A stretch of 64,000 nt of DNA. Origin: Octopus bimaculoides. Taxonomy: Eukaryota. The position numbers were made by a program, and so were the translations under genes. Below the pieces are notes generated by a model that saw only the letters and a program-made list of their open reading frames with translations, ran no database searches and was not told the origin of the DNA. The DNA is taken from the NCBI RefSeq assembly GCF_001194135.2, contig NC_068984.1, positions 23,831,778-23,895,777 on the forward strand, read 5' to 3'. This document shows, one piece after another, positions 10,880-22,240 of this stretch (the stretch's first letter is position 1; each line of letters opens with the position of its first letter).

Positions 10880-12028
10880 TCAGTTGGTCATTTCATATGT
10901 CTCTGCTCTAAGATGTCCGACCCCTCCGTTAATAGTCGGACTAGCTTCTATATCTTGCGGCAACGACTTACTATATCGATAACCAACGGCATTCGAATGC
11001 TCATTTTTGCAATTTCTGGCTTGACGCATAGAACGCCTCGTTTCAGATGGCGTTTGAAAACATGCTTTGCATAAAAAGAGATTGCCATAGGCATTACGTA
11101 TATCTCTATCAACAGTCCAGGCCAAAGGGTTAATGGCAAAACCACAGTGTGATATCCACATAAGGAGAGCATGTGCAACATCTAATTTATGCTTGTCACA
11201 CTCAATGTTTTCACAAACTACTTGGATTATATGTGGGCTGTAGATCCAGGGAAAGCGTAATATAAAAAAAAAGACATTCACTGAACACAAAGCCATTATT
11301 TTGTTTCGTATGGAATTACCATCAATGTCCTTCACTAATCCATACGATCGAATTCCTTGTGAGCGAGAAACTAGACAGAAAATGACTAAGAATATGACTA
11401 GGATTGCGGTGCCAATTATTGAGCACAAAGTGAAAATCGTTCGGATGACTTCTTGTTTGGGGATTAGAATACAAAGCGGTGCTTTTGGTGGTTTCAGAAA
11501 GCTAGTATCCTCTCCCAGTATGTAAAGGGGTGGAATGACAGAGCATCCCAGAATCCAAGGAGCTGCAGTTAAAATCACTGCCATGTTGACATTCAAATGT
11601 TTAGTATATTTCTCTGGGTTTGATACATACATTAGACGATCGATATTGACACATAAGAGGCACAGTGCAGAAACAACGAAGACTGTTGGTTCCAGTGTAG
11701 ACCAGATCTCGCACCATATTCGTGAGAGCTTCCATTCAGAAAATGCTTGGTATCCGTGAAATGGATTAATTAGAACACCTTGCAGGAGATCAATTGTGGC
11801 ATTGTTGGCAATTAGAATTTGTATTGTTGTTAATTTAGTTTTGGTGCATTGCAAGAGAATTGCTAGTAACAGCAAACCATTGAAAAGAACTACGCATCCA
11901 GCCAAGATGAATGACCCAACGGCTTCGGCTAAATTGACTGTAACTTCGGTTTCCTCTACTTGGTAATCGAGAGTCCAGTTGAAATCGATTGGTACATCCC
12001 AGTCAATCTCGAAGTAGTCTGGTCTCAT
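10880..12028 (-). CDS. Orphan rhodopsin-like (class A) GPCR, aminergic-like scaffold, single coding exon
   Basis: Intact 382-aa ORF with 7 hydrophobic segments. Landmarks: N-glycosylation site N17-W-T, N50 (1.50), D80 (2.50), WxLxxxWC ECL1 motif with C106 (3.25), D130-R131-L132, W158 (4.50) followed by PP, C186 in ECL2, P260 (6.50), ECL3 Cys pair, W291 (7.40), N300-P301, helix 8 (DIRNAY) followed by Cys residues. Confidence 0.95.
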   Translation of the reverse strand: MRPDYFEIDWDVPIDFNWTLDYQVEETEVTVNLAEAVGSFILAGCVVLFNGLLLLAILLQCTKTKLTTIQILIANNATIDLLQGVLINPFHGYQAFSEWKLSRIWCEIWSTLEPTVFVVSALCLLCVNIDRLMYVSNPEKYTKHLNVNMAVILTAAPWILGCSVIPPLYILGEDTSFLKPPKAPLCILIPKQEVIRTIFTLCSIIGTAILVIFLVIFCLVSRSQGIRSYGLVKDIDGNSIRNKIMALCSVNVFFFILRFPWIYSPHIIQVVCENIECDKHKLDVAHALLMWISHCGFAINPLAWTVDRDIRNAYGNLFLCKACFQTPSETRRSMRQARNCKNEHSNAVGYRYSKSLPQDIEASPTINGGVGHLRAETYEMTN

Positions 12029-12060
12029 CTGAAGAGAAAAAAAAGGATGTGTTACTTAAA
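12029..12060 (-). promoter_or_regulatory. 3' splice acceptor directly abutting the GPCR ATG
   Basis: Minus strand reads aagtaacacatccttttttttctcttcag|ATG: branch-like TAAC, polypyrimidine tract, then CAG immediately before the first codon. Confidence 0.75.
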
Positions 12061-12141
12061 CTTGTAAACCATGTTACATACATACATACAAACGTACATA
12101 CATATAAACATACATAAATACATATTTTTGTCAAAAATATT

Positions 12142-12352
12142 GTTTTCTACTCCAAGTACAAGGCCCGAAATTTTTGGGGAGAGGGCCAGTCGATTAGATC
12201 GACCCAGTACGCAACTGGTACTTAATTTATCGACCCCGAAAGGATGAAAAGCAAAGTCGACCTCGGCGGAAACTGGACTCAGAACATAAAAACAGACGAA
12301 ATACCGCTAAGCATTTCGTCCGGCGTGCTAAAGTGTCTGCCAGCTCACCGCC
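12142..12352 (-). mobile_element. Full-length SINE family A with about 17-bp TSD, in the intron just upstream of the GPCR exon
   Basis: Complete head (ggcggtgagctggcag on minus) to tail; TSD tttttgtcaaaaa(a)tatt at 12125-12141 and 12354-12371. Confidence 0.95.
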
Positions 12353-13913
12353 TTTTTTGTCAAAAAATATTAAACAATGTAAGAAACTCTGTGTTTGTGT
12401 GTGTGTGTGTCTGTCTGTCTGTCTGTTGGCGTATGTATGCATGTATGTATATGTTCATATACTTTGGAAATTAACACTGGCTTTAATTCTAATTAAAAAA
12501 AAAAGATAGCGGATGTTTATAACGATTGAAAATGCATTCATTAATTTAATCTTCCCAATCGCAAACACATTCTTTGTTGGTAGATGTGTACAGCAGATCT
12601 GTTGAATGTAACCAACTAAATAACTGTTACTTATTTTATGAATCTCTGGAAAAATGAGAACAATGTTGACTGCGTCGGAGTTTGAACTCAAAAGCTGGTG
12701 GGGCCTAGCTACATATTATCAGACTCCAAATCAGGTGTTCTATCTTTCCTACCAATCTCACTGCCCTTTACTAAAGCTGTCACTCGCAAGCAAGTATGAC
12801 CTGACAACATATACCATGCTTTCACTAATTGTTTTAGGGGCCTATGTTGTCGCGAGCAGACATAAACACCTTCTCAGCTCTCCAATTGGCCGCAGAGCAA
12901 CGCACACCAACAAGAAAACATAAGTATAGGCGCATTCGTTGTTAGTATAAAACACAAACAAACAAAACCATATTACAAACAAATAAATAATAAATGATTT
13001 ATTATAATTAAAGGAGAAGGTATTCCCCGAAGTCGCAATACAAAAAATTAGTGCAATTGATGCGGGGGTAGCTCTAACTGAAGAGATGCAACCAGATCGA
13101 AACACCGGTCTCCTAAAGTTCCCCAACATCAATGAATCGAGTGCATTGCCAACACGCATCGTCTGAAAGATGAAGGTGTTCTATGAAGACAAAATACAAA
13201 TGGTGTTAAATTATTCACGTCCAAATCTACTGGAACGAAATAAGAATGATTCTGTGCGTCATTGTTTCGATTCTCACAATTCCAGAGAGTAAAAAAGAGG
13301 GTGGAGACTTCAGATCTTTAGAAATGGTGATGTTTATGCCATTAGCGACGTTATGAAAATGGATTTGTCATAAGTGAGAACCGAAACAGTATCGTAAGCT
13401 CGGTCTCGGTTCAATACAACGAATCTAGAAAAACAACAAATGATTTTCTTCGGCAGCAAATAGAATTAGTTTAATGAGGGAAGTGTTAAAATCGATAATG
13501 TAGTAAATATTTTAAAAATCTCAAAAAGACAATATTAGTCAATGCACGGGGAATAACTCCGAGCATGTTTCGGTCTTATAAGACCTACTCAGGAAGTCAT
13601 AAGAATGAAGTGATAAGAAAAATATTAAGTAAATGCTGTACATGAGTAGTTGTAAAAAGTAGTTTATTTTAGAGAATGAATTATTAGAGAAATTACCCAG
13701 GGACGTCATCTGCATAAAAAAGCCACAACTTTTGTCTATATAGATTCAATCGCAATATCATACGAAAAACTGTTTTATCCTAACTGGAAAATTGAATAAT
13801 CGTTAAAGAGAGTATTTGAAACTTAGCATAGTATCAAAGTTTTTTTACAGACTGGGCCAAAAATACAGCCCCACGATGAACTGAGCTACACTCACTATAC
13901 AATTAAATATTGT

Positions 13914-14133
13914 GGCTACTGTTGTTTAGCATTAGATCGGCTCTGGACGAGCAGAGCTCTGATCAAGGACAGTCCAACCCTGACCGTTTCGTTCTTTAAG
14001 GGATAAATAGAACCACTTTATGTAATATTTAATATGTCCTGTTTTTATACATAACAGTCGGATGTGATTTGAGAGAATTAGCTGCTGTTTCTAGCAGGTG
14101 TAGCGATCACTTAGATGTTTTCATTCATTGGCT
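13914..14133 (+). repeat. Old interspersed repeat family E
   Basis: ctgttgtttag..ctgatcaag 5' motif and gatttgagag..gctgctgtttctagcaggt 3' motif. Confidence 0.7.
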
Positions 14134-15008
14134 AGTACCATGTCATATGATGTCTATGTAGGATAACGTAACTAGTGCAGTCTAATTGTTCTTATTTTCT
14201 TACTTCAGTCTCTGAGAGATACACGTGTTAAACCTTTTAATATCATGTTTGACTATTCTTCTCAAGTTTCCTCCGAAGTTCCCACCTCACCACCTCTTTC
14301 AAAGCAACCGCTACTACAACACCTCAGCAGTAGTAGCAACAAGAATAACAACAACAACAACAAGAAATATAAAGGAAAAAGAAAAAAAACAACAAAGAGC
14401 ATTACTACAGCTGTCTCCACCACCACCGCCACCACCACTACCACAATGGTACCCAGCAGGCGTTTAGATCTAGGTCAGGATGGGAAGGTTCATCGACTGC
14501 TCTACCGAGTCCTAGTGACCCAGTGACCCAACTGTAGCCGGCGAATCAGCATCATCATCGCCAACCTCATCATCAGCATCATCATCGTCGTCGTCGTCAT
14601 CGTTTCGTCGTCAATATCGTAGTCACCATTGTAGTCGTCGTCGTTGTCATCATCATCATCGTCATCGTCATCATCATCACTCTCATCATCATTATCATTA
14701 TCATTAACATCTGAGTTTCTTTTGGGGTTTCTATGGTAACGGTAGTTTAATGAACTCTGTATGACCGCCGCCAACACTAATAATATTCCAGACTTCAATA
14801 ATAATAATTGTTTTTTCTTTCTTTCATTATTATTACTATTATTATTATTATCATGACGTTTGGTGTTTGTGCGGGAGAAGGAATAAGGAGGTTGTGGCGT
14901 TCTTGTCATTCCAAGAAGTACCAGTAGCCAAATTGAAGCAATGTGACATTTATCCTGATTTAATACCAGAGATCAAGAACTCTGTTTGTAAGAAGCTTAC
15001 TCTTTGGC

Positions 15009-15020
15009 GCTTACCTTCAG
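15009..15020 (-). promoter_or_regulatory. Candidate 5' splice donor of an upstream GPCR 5'UTR exon
   Basis: Minus strand CTGAAG|GTAAGC (exon would end at 15015); a second GTAAGC donor lies about 15 nt downstream of it. Confidence 0.4.
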
Positions 15021-15316
15021 AAATTATTAAACTGATTTCCAGCTTTCGCTGACTATAAGGTGTTTAGATGATAGAAACGATCGAGGTCCAATAGTTTAAC
15101 TAATTATATTGGTGAGGAAAGGTTAAGGTTAACATGACAGAGATTGGCTCGGAAAGTAGAGTGACAATTCTCTACATAAAATATATTGATATCAACTTAA
15201 CTATTGCTTTTCATGTCGATGTGATTCCTAAGTTATTTAATCTTTAAGCAGTTTGTATTTCACAACGCTAACAAGTGTATATTTTTTGTATATAATTAAC
15301 CTTTCATCATTACGTC

Positions 15317-15662
15317 GGCGTAGGAGTGGCTGTGTGGTAAGTAGCTTGCTTACGAACCACATGGTTCCGGGTTCAGTCCTACTGCGTGGCACCTTGGCCA
15401 AGTGTCTTCTACTATAGCCTCGGGCCGACCAAAGCCTTGTGAGTGGATTTGGTAGACGGAAACTGAAAGAAGCCCGTCGTATATATGTATGTATATATAT
15501 GTGTGTGTGTGTGTATGTTGTGTGTTTATGTTTGTCCCCCCAACATCACTTGACAACCGATGCTGGTGTGTTTACGTCCCCATACACTAGCGGTTCGGCA
15601 AAATAGACCGATAGAATAAGTATTGGGCTTATAAAAAATAAGTCCTGGAGTCGATTTGCTCG
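15317..15662 (+). mobile_element. tRNA-derived SINE family B with internal microsatellite
   Basis: ggcgtaggagtggctgtgtggtaag head, gggttcagtcc B box, ccttggccaagtgtcttct core; homologous to 58491-58900; runs into a gap. Confidence 0.85.
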
Positions 15663-16160
15663 NNNNNNNNNNNNNNNNNNNNNNNNNNNNNNNNNNNNNN
15701 NNNNNNNNNNNNNNNNNNNNNNNNNNNNNNNNNNNNNNNNNNNNNNNNNNNNNNNNNNNNNNNNNNNNNNNNNNNNNNNNNNNNNNNNNNNNNNNNNNNN
15801 NNNNNNNNNNNNNNNNNCCGCATAATTATTTCTAATTATTCACCCGGTTTAACTCAACAAACAGACACCTTTTATATCTTTAATGAAGCCCACTCAGTCG
15901 AAAACATTCGGAACAGGTCTCTGGGTTTAAGATACCCCCACCTCTCTAGTCTCGATGGCTCTGTAAAGGGTCATCGGCTGCCTTTCTTTTTGACAAAGAT
16001 AAAATCTTATCTAAATACGGAAAACTTTTTAGTTGGTGATCTACTGTTTCTGCCACTTTATCGCTCTACCAACTCTGTCACCAAACGCAGTCATACGATG
16101 ACGATGATAATGATGACGACGACGACGACGACGATGACGACGACGACGACAATGATGATG

Positions 16161-16320
16161 ATTGTTTCAAATTTTAACACAAGGATAGCAATTTTAAGGG
16201 GAGGTGGTTAGTTGATCGCACTAACCTCAGTTCTTGTCTGGTACTTTATTTCATTGACTCTGAAAGGATGGAAAACAATGTTGACTTCGATGGGATCTGA
16301 ACTCAGAATGTAAAGAACCG
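16161..16320 (-). mobile_element. SINE family A, 5' truncated
   Basis: tttcaaatttt..cacaagg tail and ctggtact..tgaaaggatg core. Confidence 0.75.
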
Positions 16321-16944
16321 TGACTAAAGACTATAAGAAATATTAATCATTATAATTTCTTTTATTTGTCACAATTTGGGAAGACGAGAGAAACTACGGA
16401 GACAAATTATAAAGCAATGATGATTTTCACGGACAATAGGGGGAAATGGGCACGACACACAACAGTATTATTATTGTTAATAATAACGACACTCTTTCGT
16501 ACCTTGTACATATAAAATAGTGCACAAAGTGGAACAAATTGTGCTGAAGGAAAGTGGAAAGCGAACAAATTGTCGTTAATTTTCGGATATAATCGGCATT
16601 GTGTAAAATACGTTTGATCTATTTTACTTTATTTCTAAATTTTGTTTTAGTAAACTGAAATATAGCATTACACTCACAAATATGTGTGCGAGTGTGAATG
16701 TGAGTGTATATGTATACGTGGATCAGTGGGTGTGTCTAATGCATGGGGTATTACAATGTTGTTTACTTATTATATTTCCGTTTATTCATTTAAAAAAAAT
16801 AAATTGAAACACAATTTACACAATACTGATTCTCGCCAAAAATCAACGATTGTTTGCTTATCGTTCATTTTTCTTCAGTGCAGTTTGTTCAACTTTGTCC
16901 ATTACCTTAAATGTACGAAGTTTGAAAGATCGCCTTAAAAATAG

Positions 16945-17142
16945 CTTCAAAGAAGGTCAGCAAATTTAAAGGATAAGATAAGCAATTTTATTGATCCCAG
17001 TGCTCAACTGGTATTTATTTTGTCGACGACCACGAAGATGTGAAAGGCAAAGTGGACCTCAGCGGAACGGAAGAACTCAGAGCTGGAGGAAATACCGCTT
17101 ACCATTGTCCGACGCGCTAACAGTTCTGCCAGCTTGTCACCT
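16945..17142 (-). mobile_element. SINE family A
   Basis: cagtgctcaactggtatttatttt..gaaaggcaaagt..ctgccagct. Confidence 0.8.
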
Positions 17143-17571
17143 TAATCATTATAAAACATTGCAGATATTCTTACATAATCGATACCTGACACGGTAACAC
17201 TAATAATGTGTATTCTATATAATTACCATCCGTCCAGTTAATGTAACGATCCAGACGGCTCATAAGCAACACATTCACCACTCGACACAAAAGCACATGA
17301 CAAACCTTTTCAAAATAAATACGAAACAATTCTCTCAACAAAATAATACAAATGACTCCAGAACCAAAAGGAAACACCATTTACTCTAAGAGATATTGAG
17401 CGGTATATTGATATAGTCCAACATTCCCAAAGAGACAATATTGCACATCGCCTCGGCAACACGGAGATTGATCTGGTAGTAAAGTGGAAACTCGCGTAAA
17501 AGTTTTGAAAACATGATGATCATGATGATGATTATTATTACTATTACTATTATTATTATTATTATTATTAT

Positions 17572-17607
<36 letters not shown>

Positions 17608-17608
17608 C

Positions 17609-17644
<36 letters not shown>

Positions 17645-17656
17645 TGTTGTTGTAGT

Positions 17657-17870
17657 TATCCTTTCTACTGTAGGTACAAAGCCTGAAAGATTTTTTTAGG
17701 GAAAGGGACGAGACGATTACACAGATCCCAGTGCTGAATTGGTACTTATTTCATCGACTCCAACAGAATGAATGACAAAGTCGACTCCAGCGGAATTTGA
17801 ACTTAGAACATAGTGACGGACGAAATGCTGCGAAGCATTTTGTCCGGTGAACTAACGATCCTGTCGGCTC
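17657..17870 (-). mobile_element. SINE family A next to (ATT/AGT)n
   Basis: atcctttctactgtagg tail through gcggaatttgaac to ctaacgatcctg. Confidence 0.85.
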
Positions 17871-18246
17871 AATCAGTAACATAGGTACAAGGTCGCATAT
17901 TTGGAATAAAAGGTTAATGATAGTACTTGACCGGAACTTAATCGGTTTTGGAAGGATAAAATGTAAAATCTGACATTGGAAGCTGAAATCATAACCTAAA
18001 AAGGAATTTTAAAAAAATAACTAATTAAATATATAAAAAAATAGCAAATGGAAATTACTCAAATGTGGTAAAAGCATGAGTTTAGATTAATAAGTTAAGG
18101 GATGTGTGCACAATGGCGCTCACTCCGTAATGATTATTTATTTGAATTGTTTTAGTTGGAGGAAAAAGCTTGACCTTATGAATGAATTTAGTAGACGGAA
18201 AACTGTCGATACACACACATACACGCGCGCACGTATATTAGTTATT

Positions 18247-18395
18247 TATGTCCCCCGTCATCTAGTGGTTAAGGCACCGACAGAATAAGCCCCAGATTTG
18301 CAAAATAATTATTAGGGTCCATTTGATCGACACAAAACTCTTCAAAGCGGTGCCCCAGTATGACTGCAGTCCAATGATAGAAACAAATAAAGAAC
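18247..18395 (+). mobile_element. SINE family B 3' fragment
   Basis: cgacagaataag..aaagcggtgccccagtatgactgcagtc..gaaacaaataaag matches the tail at 58770-58900. Confidence 0.65.
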
Positions 18396-19239
18396 TATGA
18401 CAGTGCTGGTTTCTTGTTAACATGACTCTTAAAGTAAAAAAGGTATTAACATCTATGTTCAACTGATATAAAGTGGATAGAGTTAATATTCCGAGGTAAA
18501 ATACTTCTTTCCAGTCCCATTTTATACTGGGCTATAATGTTTGTATATCTTTTTGGCAATAATAATAAAACACACATACACCAATTGACTGTCTCTCATT
18601 CTACATGGGGGGTTTTCTAGCTTTAAGATTGCTCTCGACAGAAAAGACAAATTTTAGTCCTGAAACAAGCTCTGAGATGTTAACACTTATATGATCCCAA
18701 AGTTTGATAACTGTGGGGAACCAATGCATGAAAACACGAAACACAGTTTCGTGCACTCCAATGCATCTTTGCAGCCCTAGTTGGTCGACTTTCAAGAGAT
18801 ACTTAAGAATGTATTTGCTTTTCTTTGTGTAGATTTAAACACAGAAACAGTAGGGATACAACACAGTTTGAACTAAAAATACCCCAAAGCAATAACGTTA
18901 CATCCCTTCTTACTGCGTCACTCTGGCTGTCCTAATCTCACTTAAACAGAAGGCCAAAAAATTTAGTAGGAAAGTGGGGATAGTATTCGGTAATGTTGTC
19001 AAGAGCATTAGGATAGTGGAGTCAAACGGTCAGAATTAATTCTCGCACTTAGCTTTTTGAATCATATGTTATTCTACAACAATGTTTTATTTTCCCAAAG
19101 CTCGGAATGTTTTTTTTTAACATTACCAGTGCATAACTGTTTAATTCCAGGGGGGCGGGGGAAGAATGATAAACAATAGTTTGTTTTCCTTATGTTTCTG
19201 TACACTGTTGCATACTTTTAATATTACTGGTATATAACT

Positions 19240-19375
19240 CTTCTGTCTTTACGTTCTGAGTTCAAATATCGCCGCGGTCGATAAAATAAGTTCGAGTTGA
19301 GCACTGAGCTTGATTTAATCGACTTACTCAATTCCCCGAAATTGCTAACCTTGTGTCAAAATATGAAATCAATAT
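19240..19375 (+). mobile_element. SINE family A, truncated and internally deleted
   Basis: gtctttacgttctgagttcaaat..gtcgataaaataag..ccttgtgtcaaaatatgaaa. Confidence 0.8.
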
Positions 19376-19389
19376 CACAGGTATATAAA

Positions 19390-19607
19390 AGCGGTGAGCT
19401 GGCAGAAACGTTAGCACGCCGGGCGAAATGCTTAGCGCTATTTCGTCTGTCTTTACGTTCTGAATTCAAATTCCGCCGCGATCGACTTTGCCATTCATGC
19501 TTTCGGGATCGATAAATTAAGTACCAGTTGCGTACTGGGGTCGATCTAATCGACTACTCTCTTCCCCCAAAATTCCGGGCCTTGTGCCTAGAGCAGAAAA
19601 GAATATT
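19390..19607 (+). mobile_element. Full-length SINE family A with about 19-bp TSD
   Basis: Complete A box/B box head and tail; aatat(c/t)acaggtatataaa at 19371-19389 and 19602-19620. Confidence 0.95.
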
Positions 19608-19620
19608 ACAGGTATATAAA

Positions 19621-19680
19621 GGCAGCGAGTTGGCAGAATCATTAGTATGCTGGGCAAAATGCTTAGTAGCATTTCGTGAT
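19621..19680 (+). mobile_element. Older SINE family A head fragment
   Basis: ggcagcgagttggcagaatcattagtatgctgggcaaaatgcttag. Confidence 0.8.
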
Positions 19681-19689
19681 CACTACTTA

Positions 19690-19935
19690 GAGTCTAACAT
19701 CTATGTGAAAAATACAAGATTAGGAATGATAGATACATCTTCAAACTTGGTAAGTGCCCTACTGAGAATGGAAAAAGCAAGTACGGCATCTGACAAAGTC
19801 TACGATTATGCAAAAATCAGCATTTTACAAGACGCGCATGCTGACGAAAATCTTGTATGATTCTGAAACATGGACTATTCATTGTAGGCATGTAAAAATA
19901 CTTGAGAAATTCCATAAAAATACCTCAGAAGAATA
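19690..19935 (+). mobile_element. RTE-clade LINE fragment (post-RT region)
   Basis: ILYDSETWTIHCRHVKILEKFH..YLRR matches the LLYGxETW motif region of RTE ORFs. Confidence 0.7.
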
Positions 19936-21318
19936 CACACGCACACACACACATACATGGCAAGATTGAAAGACTGAAATAGAGCTGGCACAATTCGCAG
20001 AAAATTTCCAACATTATTTGCTATGACACAAGACAAAACAATAGTTATTATAAAAGAATTTTGATCCTTTATATTTTCAAGGTTACAAAGCTTCAGATTC
20101 TAAAACCAAAACAATATCACCACACACACACATATATCGGGGTTGTGTCGTTTGTATAATTCTCATTGGCAAGTGGGAATCGAAACTGGACTCACCAAGA
20201 GCTTGCCAGTATTTCAAGGCGAGAAGTAAGCGCAGAAATTCTATTCCTTATACCCCAGAGGCCTGTTCATAGAAAAGTTCAACTCAACGTTTTTTTATTT
20301 TTAATATATTAGAGCACGTTCCTGGTTTTGTTTTTGTATGAAATTTTATCTGACACACTCCTTTTCTGTTTATTTCTCAACCGCTCTATCATTTACTATA
20401 TTATACCATGTCATACGTACAATCAGTTAATCTCATCCATCGGTCTCGTTTTCACATTTGTTTTTTTTTGTTTCCTTTTTCTTTACTTCCCTACCCACCG
20501 TCGTCTCTCTTTTAGACCTATTTTCTTATATAAACATACAGACACTTGTGTGAGCAANNNNNNNNNNNNNNNNNNNNNNNNNNNNNNNNNNNNNNNNNNN
20601 NNNNNNNNNNNNNNNNNNNNNNNNNNNNNNNNNNNNNNNNNNNNNNNNNNNNNNNNNNNNNNNNNNNNNNNNNNNNNNNNNNNNNNNNNNNNNNNNNNNN
20701 NNNNNNNNNNNNNNNNNNNNNNNNNNNNNNNNNNNNNNNNNNNNNNNNNNNNNNNNNNNNNNNNNNNNNNNNNNNNNNNNNNNNNNNNNNNNNNNNNNNN
20801 NNNNNNNNNNNNNNNNNNNNNNNNNNNNNNNNNNNNNNNNNNNNNNNNNNNNNNNNNNNNNNNNNNNNNNNNNNNNNNNNNNNNNNNNNNNNNNNNNNNN
20901 NNNNNNNNNNNNNNNNNNNNNNNNNNNNNNNNNNNNNNNNNNNNNNNNNNNNNNNNNNNNNNNNNNNNNNNNNNNNNNNNNNNNNNNNNNNTATATATAT
21001 ATATATATATATATATTGTATATGTGTGCTTGAGTATGTGCGTGCGCGTGTGTAAGTGTAAGCGCGTGTTTCTCAATGTGTACGTGTCATGTATGTTATG
21101 GATATCAGCATGTATACGTTTGTGTACGTAATGCTATGTGCGCACAGTTGTAAACTATTCACAAGGCCGTGTGCGTATGTTTGGCTTTGTAATTTTACAC
21201 ACAGATACATATATCTCTGCATAATAGTCACCCACTTACTGTTGGTCTCATTAAAATTTATCGCTGAGTGGTAAATTCTTTCATTTCTTTCTTTTTCTGT
21301 TTTAATGCGTGCTCGTAT

Positions 21319-21362
<44 letters not shown>

Positions 21363-22172
21363 CGTTATATTAGTTCTAACCGATTCTACAGACCATTGCC
21401 CTTGGATACTCATATTTCAACGCTTTCACCATCTCTCCTTCCACTCATATTAACGTTGGGAAAAGAAACTCTTTAAGTATTATAGCAGGTATCTCTTCTG
21501 GCTTATACATTGCTATCGACTGAAGTTCTGTTGATTGAAGTGCCAATGGCTAAGACACTTAAATTTTGTAGACTCAGTCTGTCAAGCTGCTAATAGATCC
21601 CACAGGTTGACCAATTTTACAACTCTGGATATGGAGCTGAAGTTTCCAAATTTTGTGACACTGCAATTATGAGTGTCGCCTACGATAATCTTGCAAAAGG
21701 AAGTCAAACTCTTATATATATTTTTACGAATATTTTGCTCATGAAATAAATTTGAGATCTGACAACTCATACATACATACATATGCATACATTATATATA
21801 NNNNNNNNNNNNNNNNNNNNNNNNNNNNNNNNNNNNNNNNNNNNNNNNNNNNNNNNNNNNNNNNNNNNNNNNNNNNNNNNNNNNNNNNNNNNNNNNNNNN
21901 NNNNNNNNNNNNNNNNNNNNNNNNNNNNNNNNNNNNNNNNNNNNNNNNNNNNNNNNNNNNNNNNNNNNNNNNNNNNNNNNNNNNNNNNNNNNNNNNNNNN
22001 NNNNNNNNNNNNNNNNNNNNNNNNNNNNNNNNNNNNNNNNNNNNNNNNNNNNNNNNNNNNNNNNNNNNNNNNNNNNNNNNNNNNNNNNNNNNNNNNNNNN
22101 NNNNNNNNNNNNNNNNNNNNNNNNNNNNNNNNNNNNNNNNNNNNNNNNNNNNNNNNNNNNNNNNNNNNNNNN

Positions 22173-22240
<68 letters not shown>

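Noticed and set aside
13163-13200. Minus-strand acceptor ccttcatctttcag at 13163-13164 as another GPCR UTR exon
   Set aside because: No convincing donor downstream of it.
18601-18795. FPTVIKLWD resembling a LINE C-terminal FFPRTIxLWN motif
   Set aside because: A single short degenerate motif is not enough to call.
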